A stretch of DNA of 64,000 bases from Oopsacas minuta (Eukaryota; Animalia; Porifera). The position numbers and the translations under genes were made by a program. Positions 20,889 through 34,953 of this stretch are shown piece by piece. The stretch's first letter is position 1. Every line of letters begins with the position of its first letter. The stretch spans positions 62,001 through 126,000 of the forward strand of contig JAKMXF010000353.1 of NCBI GenBank assembly GCA_024704765.1. Reading direction: 5' to 3'. The notes beneath the pieces are model-generated. The model did no database searches, was not told the origin of the DNA, and saw nothing but the letters and a program-made list of their open reading frames with translations.

Positions 20889-22103
20889 TTAACAGAAAAT
20901 GTGTAATCTAAATTTAGTATAAGAAGAAGTACAAATAATTTTGTTATCATTAGTGACTACAATACTCCAAGGTGTGATTCTCTTGTCCTCTTCCTGAGTA
21001 TCTCCCAGTGTGTGTAACAGAGATCCTTCCTGAGAGAATACTTTTATGTTTGCAGCATAACAGTCACCCATGATAATATTCTGTTTCTTATCGAAACAGA
21101 ATGAATAGCAACCTCTAACTTGTTCATTACCCTGTTTACCCCATGAAATAAATGATCGGAGCTTTTCACCAGTACTATTGAATACATGTAGACACGGATT
21201 GTCTGTAAAGCTCAGAACGTAAACCTTATTGTCAAGGAATTTTAGGGCAGATGGTTCCGTCATTGTGCTGTGTGTAATGTATTGTTTGTGTTTCAGTTGA
21301 GGTGTCATAACAACAACTCTGTTGTTATAAGTATCTGTAATAAATACATCCTTGTTAGGAGCAATGGTGATGCTATTAGGATAATCGAACTCTCTTTTAC
21401 CAGATCCTGTCTCTCCTACTTTAGTTATTAGATTGAAATTGGGTAATTTATACCGGAATATGCAATGTTGCCATGTGTCAGTGATATAAACATCCTCACC
21501 ACTTATTGCTATACCTGATGGTGCATGAACCTGTCCCTCACAGAATCTATTAATGAATTCTCCTCTGATAGAGAATACACAGATACTACCATAACCACCT
21601 GCTACGTAGATACGCTGAGATGTTTCATCATAAGCTATACCTCTAGCAATCAATCTCTCCCCTACTGATATTGAAGGCTGTAGGAGTGCGGGGTAGTTAG
21701 GAGTTGAAATGATTTCCCTCTCTACCAGTTGTCCTAACACAGAGATAGCTTCCTCCAGCTTTTGAGCGTTACAGTCAAACAGCACTTCTGTTTCCTTCAC
21801 CTTAACCTCCAGTTGCTTAATCTTTGTCTCGATGTCCTTCATTATGTTTTCTCTCGTGGAGTGTAGCAGGTTCTGCTTCATCCCTGCTTGGAGATTAGTT
21901 TTAGCGTTGGACAGCTCTTCTAGACTATTAATGCGAACTGTTTCTGCAGCTTGTCTGTCCTTCTGTTTCTGTCTGAACTCGTTGATGAGCTGTACTCGTC
22001 TATCGTTGAGACAAAGTACCAGACGGTCGAATGTGTTGTTAATACTTGCCTCTGTCGGGTCCATGACGAGAGGAGCTTCTAATTCTGGATATCTTGCAGC
22101 CAT
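20889..22103 (-). CDS. Second intronless coiled-coil plus NHL-repeat protein, 404 aa from the likely ATG at 22103
   Basis: Start MAARYPELEAPLVMDP parallels MAERYPIAPQVVDP of the 3919 gene; NHL blades PSGIAISGEDVYITD and FDYPNSITIAPNKDVFITDTYNNRV. Confidence 0.88.
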   Translation of the reverse strand: MAARYPELEAPLVMDPTEASINNTFDRLVLCLNDRRVQLINEFRQKQKDRQAAETVRINSLEELSNAKTNLQAGMKQNLLHSTRENIMKDIETKIKQLEVKVKETEVLFDCNAQKLEEAISVLGQLVEREIISTPNYPALLQPSISVGERLIARGIAYDETSQRIYVAGGYGSICVFSIRGEFINRFCEGQVHAPSGIAISGEDVYITDTWQHCIFRYKLPNFNLITKVGETGSGKREFDYPNSITIAPNKDVFITDTYNNRVVVMTPQLKHKQYITHSTMTEPSALKFLDNKVYVLSFTDNPCLHVFNSTGEKLRSFISWGKQGNEQVRGCYSFCFDKKQNIIMGDCYAANIKVFSQEGSLLHTLGDTQEEDKRITPWSIVVTNDNKIICTSSYTKFRLHIFC

Positions 22104-22556
22104 TTGTGTAGAATTGGTTGAGTAGATAAATCGCATTACTTATAGAAGAGATAGTAACCCGTACAGCTGGTAGAGTCTCGTGTGTAATAGATACAGATTA
22201 ATTGTATTTGTGTCTGTAAGCAGATTTATGAAGTTCTCTCACGGGATTGAAAGTTATTACTTGTATTCTGTAATAGTTTATTCGTTCAGACAGATTATTA
22301 TAACCTTTTAACCTCATGCTATTAATCTTCTAAGAAATTAATAATTCTTACAACATCTGTGTACTCAGAGGGTATCACCTTTACTTCGAAATATTCTTCA
22401 ATTAGTTAAGAATTTTGTATTAATAATTGGAGTTATTGCAACTTATCAAACTTCTTTTACGAATTCGGAGATTGAAATATCCGAAAATTTGTAAAAGTTG
22501 ATAAGTTTGTTTACACATAAAAACCATCAATAACAACAAAATGACAGAAGAAGTAC

Positions 22557-22589
<33 letters not shown>

Positions 22590-22694
22590 CTAAACGAATA
22601 AAAATATAGATATACAGAATGAAGGGAGATTATCTAAGAATTATCAGAACTAAAGATTAGGTCTCTACTAATGCTATATACTATATGGAATATA

Positions 22695-25600
22695 TTAGTA
22701 TTGAGGGTTTATGTCTCTACGGTAATGTTTTATATTCTGGAGAGCGCTCCTAGCGGCCTCCAACTCGCGTTCTTTTTTCGCGATTTCTGACATCATCTCG
22801 AGTTCCTTTTTGAACGCGTCACGATCGCCACTCGGGTTGTTCGGGTCCCCAATTGTCTCCATCGTCACTTTCGCCTCTAGGGCCGCGTCGACAAGCGTAT
22901 CGGTTGCTTTTTTAACTTCTAATCCTGCGCGTCGTAGCCGTAAATTCTTCTCGGAGTTCGGATCGGCTTTCACTCGACAGGCCATCAATAACTGTGCTGT
23001 ATGTTTCGCAATTGCCTTGGCAGAAGCTACTAGCCTATCTTGACTTTCTGGCACTGTACTTGTAACACACGCATTGGCTGCTTCACAAAGCTCCGAGGTC
23101 GAACGAGCGACCTGTTTGGCAGCACCCACGAGGCCCTCTGACCAAATACTATTCTCATCTACTACACCCGATTTCATCCGTCCTTGTTTAACTAACTCAT
23201 GCTGTGCGTCCGTGGCTGCTTGCACGAGCGCACGTGTAGCACGAGCTATCGCCTTCGCAGCGTGTAAGATCGCCTCCTCAAACTTCATCTCGCCACTCAA
23301 CTCTGGGAGATCACGAGAAATTGGTCGAGCTTCTGCCAATTTTTTAGCTGCCATATCAATAGCAGCAGCAGCTAACAGCAGCTCTCTCTCCGCCATAACA
23401 GCTGGATTGTCTGGGTGCGCGTATCCAAGATGTTCCTTGATGGCCTCTGCTACCTACACGGGGTGTTAATCAATTCCCTAGTTACTAGATAGGCATAAGG
23501 AATGCATACCTGTACTATTTCGGCAATACTATGCGCTACGTCATGTGATAAATTCCTCAATTGGGCCTGACTATCTTTCCTTCCAGTCCCACTCTTTACA
23601 AACTCTAGAAGAGCTGTATAATGAATTGCAGCCTCTCTGCCACTAGTTTGACACCTTGCCCTCAGTTCTGGGTTATCAACACCATGAGCTACTGATTTTA
23701 CAATTGGTAATAAGCTTGTAACTGCATTCCTTCCGTCATTAGCTGCTGCTGTCAATTCTTCTTGCTTCTGAGATCCTTGAAATATATGTGAGTTCATCTT
23801 ATGTTTTTGTTTGTTTGTTTGTTTGTTTACTTGTTTTTTTGATTGTTTGGTTGATTGTGTGTTTGTTTACTTGCTTGTTTGTTTGTATGCATGTATATTT
23901 GTTTGTATGTTTGTTAGTTTATTTGTTTTCCTGTTAATCATTTTGTTTGTTTACATGTTTACTAACCTGGTAATACAGCTCTAGCAGTTCTAGCAGTAGC
24001 CTTAGTAAGCTCTTTAGAACAATTCAACATTTCCTCAGGTGATCCTCTCTTAGTTGGCTGTGCTTTGGATTCATATTCCCCTAGAGATTGGGCAATAGCC
24101 TCAATAGCTGTCTCTAATGCTCTCTGACTTCGTCCTGCTTCGTCTTCTACGCTAGTTATAGTCTTCATTAGTGAGGTTACACTAGTTACCATACTCTTAG
24201 CTGCATCCTAATACAGATAAAGTATAACAGAATGGGTAGAGGGTCTTTTAAGAGAAATTGTGAGTTACATTTCCGACGCTCAATCAATGATAAATCATAC
24301 AAAACAATCTGAAAGTGGGGGCAACTACATCGTAAGGTTCCTTCAGCAACTTCCGGTTGCCTGTGTGCCCCAAATTATCCAGCTGATGGCAAAAGGTGTC
24401 AGGTGGATATTAGAACACAAATTGGTATTTATCCAAGAACAAATTCGAATACATTAAATTTACCTTTAACTTCAACATCTGTGCATCTGTCCTACTCTTC
24501 CCGCTAGCATTTTTCGTAGCCTCTAGTAAAGTTCCCATAGCTATAGCTACATCCTTAACCGCGTTCAGTAGAAGGATCTGGGCTTCTGGATCGTCTTCTG
24601 TCAAAGCCGAAGCGGCTAGCTTGGAATAGTCCGCGAGTTGTTGGACGTGTGTCTCACATTTGAGGGCAGTTTTTGATAGCTCATCCTAGAGAGTTATGGG
24701 AAAATGTATGAAATTCTCACCTAAATTCATACCCAGTAGACAACGCTTAATAGAGCGACCGGTTAATCGGGTCACTTGTCCAGAAATCGGATCAAATTGG
24801 CCTGGTCCCAATGTGACCATAGTCAGCAGAGTCTACTGTGCTACAAAATGTCGATTGAACTGAAGTCATATTTGTTGCGAAAAGTTATGCTAGAATTACG
24901 TAATTAGGATAATAACAGTCAAATATTTTCAAAGAAAATAAAATAACATTAAGTAACTATCAAAACAACAATAACAACAAATTTTACGAAACCCCAAGAA
25001 AAATATTATCTGTTTATCCTTTCCAGAACTGAAACTATGGACTTCACATATTATCGGGGTTTCGTATACAAATAATAGGTGTGAAAATGTGTAAACAAAA
25101 GTGTGAACTATGCAACAAACCTGTGTAGCCTGTACAGATGAAACGAGTCGCTTCGTTTCTTCCACCAACTTCTGACAACTCCCTAAAAGTCCTTCTTTAT
25201 GCTTACCGAAAGACTCTTTGCTTTCGGGATTCAGTGTCTTCGCATTAGCGAACATAACAGTAGTCTCAAGATCTCCAACTACTCCTTGGATTACTGATAT
25301 AGCATTGATACAGGCCTGTGTTCCTTTGGAGCCTGCTTGGAGTGCTGTCATTACCAAGTTTACCTGGAGATATGTTGGTGTGTATTATTTCATACTTTGT
25401 ATAACGACACACCAGTGCGTGTTAGAAGGTCAAGTTGTTTGTTAGTTTGTTTATTAGTTGTTTACTAACCTTCTCAATAACTCCCCTCACACTATTAGTA
25501 TGAGATTTCCTAGCTTGAGGGTCGTTAGGCAGATTAGAATAGATACTGGCGTGCTTAACAAAGTCTATACATTCACTACCCAGCTTAGCTACTGATCGTT

Positions 25601-28600
25601 TAATGCGTAGAGATACTTCTTCTGTTTCTGCTAGCTTGACTGCTTTGCGAGCATTGTTAGACATGTTCGTGTACGTCTCTGATAATTGGGTTACAATCTT
25701 GATCATCTCACCCTGATCCCCACCTGTCTTCCCTACAATAGAATACATATGGTATGTGAAAATGGTTCAGAACGTGTAACTAACACAAACGGCGTGCTAA
25801 TGCTACACAGTTTCTGCCAAATCCCCAGTTTGTGAAGGTTAAACTGGACAATAAAATATATTTTCTCAAAATATATGAAAAAGTGTTAAAGCAAAGTTTG
25901 GACATTACCTAAACTCTCTTGTGCCAGCTTAGCAACCACTTTGGCACCTTGGAATATACCATCTTGACACTTAATATAATCTTCATCCTCCAATTCTCCT
26001 GGTATAGCCTCGTCCAATTTTTCTACTGCTTTGAACATGTTTTCAGAAGCGTTGTAATATGGATCAGATGGTCTTTGTATTGTGAGTGTTAATTCGGTTA
26101 TAGCTTGTGACATCGAGTCAGCTGACTGATCTAGCTCCGCGCATGTGTCTTTGGCTGATTTGTTACCCCCAGATTCTTTGGCAGCCATTACTAGTTGCAG
26201 TGCGGCCTCTGTTAGAGTTTTTGATTGTTCAAGGATCGATTGTTGGTCTGTTGATGAACTGACACGCGATGCCATACCGATTGAAAAGTTCGCGAAACTT
26301 GTAAAATGACTTGTCTAAAAGGTGTGACAATTATGAATATATGGACAGGAGCGGTTCAAGGATCAGGCAGACCCGTGGAACCCAAATGTGACACCTTTAT
26401 AGCACGATAGATTCCACTTAATTGCCACAAAACGATCCGAAAAGTGTCCCCGGTCCACTAAAAATGGTTCAATAACCAACTTACAAGATTTGTAACTGAG
26501 TGTCCAAGGTTCTCGGCTTCTCCTTTAGCAGCTACTGTGACAGGGAGAATTAGCTCAGAGATCTGTTCGATAGTGTTCAACAGCTGATCTCTGAATCCAG
26601 CGAGAGAATGCTCCTGTCTAGGAGGCAGGTTTTGCTGCATACCCTCCAATGTGGCTCGATCTATGTCCCCAATGGTTCTATTCAAAATCCCTAAATGGTA
26701 AAGAGAGATTTATGAAATGTGTTTGTTAAAACCCTCCAATCTGATTGGTTTAACTTTAAAAATACTACAAGTATTTCCTGTCAATAGGCGCAATAGATTT
26801 CTCAGGACATCGAATAACCCGATTAGAATCTTAATTCTCCAAGAATGGTCGAATAGTTTTGGTGCATACCTGAAGCTTTTTGACATTCCTTTTGACCAGG
26901 TGAGTTGTTACGAATAGCATTAACAAGATTCCTAATAGAATCTGTCAGAGATTTAGAATGTTGAGCTAATAACTGCCACAAATTCTGATCATCTGGATGT
27001 AACACCAATGTTTTAGAGGTTCCAATTAAGCTTGTGGAATTAGAAACCATATTCCGACCTGACAAGAGAATTGGTACCATGGCGTCATGAGCCTAATTAG
27101 AGGAGTAAACATAAATATTTTCGTAAGACACCAGGGGTGGTCACATGGGAACCACGACCACCCTTTCGACAGTGAGTAACGAGTGAAGACCCCTCATGAT
27201 TAATTCGTGTTCGCTTTCAGAGCCATTTGACAGATTCAGGACTATATATCCATATTTGCGAAGAATAACTCCCACTGGGGAAATATTCGAGTGAATACGG
27301 TACAAACCTGTGGACTGATTCTTGCAGGGACACTAGCAAACTCCACTGAAGATGCAAAGGTAGTAAGAGCCTCTACAGCCTCAAGAAGAGGCTTAGTACT
27401 CTCGGAACATGCTTCTCTTTTTTCTGGAGTTAAGTTAGAGCTTAACTCTTTGATCTTCTTAACAAGATTACCAGTTGAGTTAGCGACCTATATGCACAGT
27501 ATAAATGTACGAACAGGCGGAATAGTTTTTGCGTCAAATCGCACGAGAAAATGTATAGATAAATATATAAGATGTAATTACAGTTAGCTCCCGTTATATC
27601 GAAGCTTAAGGCGCTGCGATAATTATTACTTACATCTTTAGCACTATTCATAAAGTGTTTCTTTGCAACAGGATTGATAGTTTTACTTGAAGCACTCTTA
27701 CAAACTGTACACAGATGACTTGTGTGTTTAGCTATAGTAGTGGCACTAGCAAGGACCTGTTGCTGGCTACAGGCCGGGTTAAGAAGCGTCTGACACGCGA
27801 GGGAGATTGAGTGCTGTGCCCTGGCGAACTGTCCTTGGTCCACGAGCCCTGGGATTGCAAGATCGGATCGCGGATCGGATACACCGACGAGATAAGCCGC
27901 GTGTCCGGAGAATTCAGTTATAGTTATCACGCTAGAGGATAAGTTCCTAATGCTCTCACAGAATTTATCATGATTCCCTTCTCTAGTACTTGTTGATATA
28001 CCAGTAACGGATTCGTTTAGAATATTACTCTTGTCTATTACTGTCTCAAGACAATCGAAAAAGCTGGCCTCATTAACAGGTTCCTAATGAATACATACAT
28101 TAAGAAATATCTCAAAATACAGCATATGCTGACATTATTAGGGTAAATACAGTTAGTGGTGATGCGAGGGGGGAAATTCCTGAGACCGCTCCTGAAAACA
28201 GAGAGGACATTACAATGCAAATACAAATCCATACACCCTACCAGAACCAATTGAATGTACATATGCTTAATTGCCAAAAACCTACGATCTTATTATCCTA
28301 AAATGAAAGGCGTGAAAATATACACATGAGAAAAATTTTAAATGTCAGGTGTACACTAGAGGTCAATACGTGTGCACATGCCAAATTTAGTGTCTTAATC
28401 TCTAAAGGTGGGAACAGAAGATAGTACTATACTCAGAACAGTAAACATTGTCCTAGCCTGAGTATTTGACACCTTTCAATATCCCCAGGGGAGTGTTCAG
28501 AGGTCAAATCCATCCCAGGAAGGAAAGTACCTGTACCATAAACCCCTGTAATTCCTACCCCTTCCTCTTGGAAGGTGTTATGTGACAATTACAAGGTGTT

Positions 28601-31600
28601 ACCGACACCAATACACACCTTAGGATCATCCAATACTGATGCAACCATCTGTATATTCCTCAGAGCAGTATCACACTCCTTCTGACCAGGAGCAGAGCTT
28701 GTACAAACATTAATAAGAGTATTTATACTGTCTGTCACCAGTCTAGCTGCTGCTGCTAGCATGTGTTTAGCATTGGGTGCGTTAGGATCTGCTGCTAAAG
28801 CTTTAGCGGCTAGCAATAGTTTTGTACTAAAATAGAAATATCAAGAATAATTACAGTCGACATAAGCGGGTATTTCGGTAGAACAGGAGTTGACTGAACC
28901 TTGATATAGATATTGTCTTGAGATAGCCTAACATCTCTTGTTGACTCTCTGCATCAGAACTACAGCTAGCTAGCTGTAATCCTGCTATCAGTAGCTCTTC
29001 ATACCTCTTGCTTATTAGAGTAGCAGATGCTGCTAGTTCCTCTGATGAACCTAAATGAAGTACACAAACAATTAGAGTTTGTAAACAACAAACAACAATA
29101 ATATTTAGGGAGGTAGTGGACATTTTCACCCCATCTCCCTCAAGGAGAGGAGATAATTCGACAATGTTCTTACCTTTAGATCCAACGAGCTGGGAAGCAG
29201 CTGCATTCAAATTAGCAGCAGCTTGGCTCAGATTATTCTGTAGAGCCTGGTAAGACTGATCGGGCTTCTGTCCGAATATCGAACTTTTAGGATCGATCTG
29301 CTGACTGGCCCTAGCGATGTCCTTGAGGGCTTGGTCCACGTGTTTGGGGCCTGGTAGACAGGAGACAACTTGGTTGAGGGATTGTGACACACCGCGAGCT
29401 GCTTGTGCTAGTCGAGTTTGTTTATTCGGCAAGTTTGGATTGTCTACTGCTGCTTTAGCCTCAGCTAAAAGTAAGTTAACAATATAACAAATGTGTGTGT
29501 GTACGTACAGTCAACTCCTGTTATATCTAAGCTCAAGAGACCGTGATAATCAGTTTGATAAAACAGATTAAATATATGCTACTTCGACGGTTTGTGACCA
29601 TATTTGTACAATTTCACGCTTCGATAACAGCTGGCATTTGAATATATCCGTGTTAGATGTGACGGGGAGTTGACAATATAATACAAGTTCGTTTCCCATC
29701 TGCCTAGTGTAACACTATTCGACGTTCCGAAACTCACCGATGAGTAAAACGCTTTGGTCCATAACCTTCTTCGCAGCTGACAGAAGTTCATCTTGGTGTT
29801 GTTTGTCCTGATCTCCGGCGGCCACCCCCCTGACAGAGGAGGCAAGCACCCTCAGAGCATTAGCCGTATCTCTAGCTGCTATTCCTGTATATGATTCGTT
29901 GCCCTGATTTGCTGCAGTTAAGAGTTGGGCCATGCTAGCACCAACTGTTTTAGATGTGGATCCTAGTTCCTCAGCACATTCCTTTGCTGATTCCCCTGGC
30001 AACGGGAGGAGTTTGCCAGCTGCTGCAATTTTCTGTGCTTCAACTAGATCCTAATAAATAAACAAGTAAACAAGTAAACAAATAAATACACAAATGAATA
30101 AATGAACAAATGAATGAACAGTCGAAATAAACCATTCTAGAAATTTTGGAATAAAATACACAAGAAGTTTGAAAATATGATTAATACAATAACAACACTA
30201 ATGAAAATCGCACAAATGTGTGAAACCCCAGGTGCATAACTACACTCCATAGTGCACCCATAGTCCAAGAAAATTGGACCCATATATCATACGATACACA
30301 ACAAAATCACTCACCTTTCCCAATCCTCTGATAACATCCAGTGCAGAATCTATTTCAAGAGAACCACAAACCTCAGCAGCTCTCCCTACAGCCGTCCTCA
30401 GCTCGTGTATAGCAGAAGCCGTGGCTTTTGCGAAGTTACCCAGCTGCATAGCGGCTGCTTGATCCCCGATAGTAGGGACAGCTGCTTTGGAGGTGGATAT
30501 CATCTTACCAGCTGGTTGTAACATAGATTGACTAGCATTTATTAGACCTGTTGATTGTAAATAGGAAGGTTATATGTTTGTTTGTTTGTTTGTTTGTTTG
30601 TCACTCACCAAGTTGAGCAGAGGGACTATCAGGATTAGACATAGTAGTCTTAACAGCCTGCACTAATCTTGCAATATTATCAGCTACAACTTTACAATTA
30701 GCAATCAGCTGTTGCTGACTAGCTGAATTCCTATTGGTTGCTTCAGCTCCCTGGGCAGCTGCTATACATTGTGTACATACAGCAGCTGTTTGTTTAGCTG
30801 CTACTTCTAGTTTACGAATAACCTTCCTTTTGATTGCCTAAAGGTGTGAATATAGTCATATATTATTGACTCCATATCTACGAAATCTTTAGCAACATTT
30901 TGAATTGTTTCCCAAAGGTGTGATATATGATTAATCATATGATGAACAATTATACCTGTGAGGCTACTGAAGTAGTGATACTCCTCAGATCCTCAGCAGC
31001 CTTCTTCAAAGCTTCTTGAGCATTGGGGTCCTTCAGGTTCCGAGCGGACTCACTCCCAGCGGATACCATTTTAGCAGTAGCTGCTGCCAGCTGTTTTGCT
31101 GCGTCTAGAAGTCTTTGACTAGCTGATGCATCGCTCTGTTTAGACGCATCCGTCTACATGGAAATAATAATACAAACATGGAAGGTGTGGTAATATGAGT
31201 AATTTATAGATACTCGTGTGCTGACAATTCTTAGTATTTTCACCAGAGGAAACCTGTAGAGCTATAACACACCTGCAGAGCTTTAATGAGTTCGCTAGTA
31301 GCTTGAGCTAGTCCTTGTGCTTGTTTAACCATTTGTCCAGCGTTAGGAACGGAAGAGAAGAAGTTATCATGTGCTGCTAGTATCGCCTCACAGACCTCAT
31401 CATATTGTCCACCCCCTTGTCCCATACCATGACTGATATAGTCTATCAGCTCTTTGAGAGCGGTGCTAACATTGCCAGCGGATTTTCCTAGAGACCCGAG
31501 GGCTGCTTCATCTTGAGTACACCCCTTCTGAGCTAATTCTACTAGCTTATCTACACAATAGGCTACTGCCTTGCAGGCTTCTATTAGTTGTTCCTAGGTG

Positions 31601-34600
31601 ATTGTATATGCATATAAATTGTTGGTTGTTTACTTGTTTGTGTACGTACAACTAACCTGACATAGAGGACTATCAATACAAGGTACCAACACCTTAGTAC
31701 AAGTAACCAGCTGTTGTGTAGCACTAGCAGTATCTTTAGCTCCCTGAACTACATCAGCTGTTAGACTGGGATCATCACACTTAGTAGCCACGTTCTTTGC
31801 CTGCCCAATCAATTCTGTAGTTGCTGTCCCCACATGTTTAGCAAGGGCTATTATCCGTTCTTGTGTATTGGGGTCCACTTCACTCTCTCCTACGTGTTTA
31901 AGGAGATTGCCCCCTCGGTTCCCGACATCACCTGCGGTGTCTAGAAGAGGTTTGTGGTGTCCTGTGAAAGGAGGACGTGCCTAAGAAGGTGTGATGATGT
32001 TATTAATTCCATCAGTTTGTATATTTTGATAAATTAAGTAGAATTCAGAAATATCTGGAACGACTCAAAAACTGAAATTTTGAGGAATAAAAAAATTGAC
32101 CAGGAACAGAACCGTCAAATAAAACGTAACACCCTCGGTGGGGTTCGAACCGGGGCATCACCTGTTGGAGGAATTTCCCAGTAGCACTAGATAAATCCTG
32201 TGCAGCCTTCAGTAGGTTAGAGCCATCTTGTCCCTCATAGGCCAAGAGGGCTGCTATCATCCTCCCGCTCTTACTGAGCTCTGTAAGATTGCTTGTTATT
32301 GTAGTAACAGCTGATCCAACAGCTGTGTAGTCTACCTCTGATACCTCACGTGTCATTGTAAGTACAGATGATGTAGCAGCTAGAAAGTAATTGAATTAAA
32401 TTCCCAACAACCTCCATAAAGATCACAATTCGGACCATGGATCATGGAAAGGGAAGTGAACTCCACATTTTTAGGTAACACAGTATTGATGATTACCTAG
32501 CATTGCTGCTAACTGTGAATTCACATTCTGTTTAGAAACATCCATAGTGTTCTGCTTCCAAATAATAGAAGCGGAATCTCTTCCCAAAGCTGGAAGTTCA
32601 CTGGCTGTGTTCAGACTAGCGTTAACCTGAAAAGTATAAATAGAAGTTAAGTAGGCTCAGCAAAGAACCAACCAAACAAACAAACCTGGACCAGTTTGTC
32701 CATAGCTTTATCAATATTAGCAATGAGGGCCTGTTGTGCTTGAGTGAGAGCTCCTGGATCAGCACCCCAGGGGGCCATATGTCCATAACCTGGGACCCTA
32801 CTCGTCTGAAGGTGTTGGGGACCATCCATATGACCCCGAGAAGGGTCCCCTCCTGTCCTAGAGAATCCAGCAACTCCATCTCCTGCCAGGTTCCTCTGAT
32901 CTACGTGTTGCCTCGACTAGGTGTGAAATTATGTATAATATTTAGAAATATCAAATAGTCGTGAAGTCACATTGTCTTGTGGATTATTAATGCGGGTTCC
33001 ACTGTATAATCCATGGTCCGGTGAGGCGATAAGGAGAGGGTAACTAACCTGATCAACTAACTGCATCTGTGTAGCCAGCCTTGGAGCAATATTATCCTCA
33101 ATCATTGTAACTTCATCATCTACGTCATGTATAAACTTCTCTGAAGCTTTCTTCTTTTTAAGAATGATATCAATATACCCGGCGATCAGCTGGGAAATCG
33201 TCTCTCCCTCTGAGGTCTGTACGGAGTAAAATGAATCATGATATTCCCCAAAATCTAGTGTGAATGAGTTCGGAGATGCCGCCCATCTTTTTACAGTAGT
33301 CAGAGGCCAAGTTGTCATTACATCTTTAGTTATCTCGTCAACTCGCATTATGCTATCTCTTGTTATTCCTATAGAGGAGAATGTTTGTTTGTTTGTTTGT
33401 TTGTTATTAGATTATGTAAATTTTCGCTAGCTTGTTTACCAGTTTGTTACAGTGCCACTTACCCAACAATCTCGGTACTAATCTATTCCTAGCCTTCATC
33501 TTCTCTTTAACAAGAAAGAATGTGACACCATAAGTTTTAAGCGCCCTACACAGCTGTATGAATCTAAATTTAGCATCCATTTCCTTTAGTCCGTAATAGT
33601 GCTTCCATTCCTGAGCTATTAGTCTCTCTATTGTCCTTGCTTTAGCGTATTCTTTGGGGAGTATGAAGGGGAGGTTACGGATTAAGTAAGCTGGTTTGTG
33701 CTTCTCTTCGTCATAGTCACCACTCATAATCTAGATAACATAATATAGAGTAAATCAGCTGTTCCCACCACCTGGTACACCCGGTTTCATCTCGATACAA
33801 GCGGAGTAAAAGCAGGGACAGTGGAACCTCGTTAATATGAACACCAACGGACCTTCGCTCAGAGTTCGTATTAACAGGCATAGCGAACTTTCTGTGTTAA
33901 ATACATTAACGAGAGACACAGTATACACTTAGCTCTGATTTATATAAAAAAATTCCAATTACCTGCAGTTGTAGCGCAGCAAATTTGACTGCTTCATCCT
34001 TAGTACACGGATGTGTTCCTTCTACAATATCCTTCTGACTCTGTACATATAGCAAGCCTAGCTGAACTGGGTCATTTCCATCAACATTTTTGTCAGTGAA
34101 ATAATATCGTTTCCTCAAAACTACAACTTCCTTCTCATCGACTCCCTGGTCTCTTAAACTCTTGTCAGAGCTCAGCCATTTGAGTTCATCGTCTGTGTGT
34201 AGTTTCTGTTTCATTTGTGCCATTTTCTTAGCGTTTCTCATTGAAGGACGTTCTTTCGTGAATTTACCTTCTTCATCCTAAAATTATAATTTTTCTGTAA
34301 AAGTTTGAGAGAAAATATACATAAACAAGTGTTTCTATCTATTTATGATCTCAGCGGGGTTCACATAATCTCACCATTTGTGAGAGGGCTACGAGGTTGG
34401 GGGCCGGGGAAAATTGTTGGGGTGAGATTCTGGAATTTAAGGAAAGAATTGACGAATATATGAGCGATGGGAACTAAACTATTATACAATAAGCTGAATA
34501 AAATAATAAACAACAAACAAACAAGTAAATAAACAAACTTACCTTGACAATAAATGAGAACTCCTCAGGATTATTCAATCCATATCTGGCGCATACTGTC

Positions 34601-34953
34601 TTTACCAGATCCTTAACATTCAAACTGTCATCAACAATAATAGTACGAATAGTCATGTCTAATGTCTCCACGCGTAACGGCCTTTTCTTCGTACGATAAT
34701 CGAGAACGGCATTGTTCTCTAACTGATAGAATTCTAGGGCCCGTGCGGATTCCAGCCAGGTCCCGAACCGGGGGTCAAGATCGTCTAACTTCAACAGACC
34801 GTAGTCATTCACGCTATCGCCAGGTTCGACTGAATCTGGGACTTTTTCTCGGATTTGTCGGCACACATCAAATACTGTCATTTGTGTGTCGAATTCTTGT
34901 TTAGTGACCTTGCTGCTACGAGCAATGGTGATTTTGAGCGATAGCTTACCCAT
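22695..34953 (-). CDS. TLN: Full-length talin, 27 exons, 2539 aa (FERM F0-F3, rod R1-R13, I/LWEQ, dimerisation helix)
   Basis: Exons: 34953-34543, 34277-33963, 33730-33463, 33368-33049, 32916-32686, 32626-32497, 32379-32162, 31980-31657, 31593-31273, 31153-30956, 30837-30609, 30547-30315, 30050-29738, 29464-29174, 29050-28900, 28826-28619, 28083-27634, 27487-27308, 27092-26870, 26690-26485, 26314-25909, 25732-25470, 25363-25121, 24685-24464, 24207-23967, 23775-23510, 23453-22695. All are GT-AG and phase-consistent, total 7620 nt. F3 motif KRWAASPNSFTLDFG...QLIAGYIDIILKKKK and I/LWEQ motif WSEGLVGAAKQVA are present. Confidence 0.97.

Noticed and set aside
32125-32155. GGTTCGAACC B-box-like motif as a tRNA gene
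   Set aside because: No cloverleaf or A box; it lies just inside a talin intron and is at most a SINE-like remnant.
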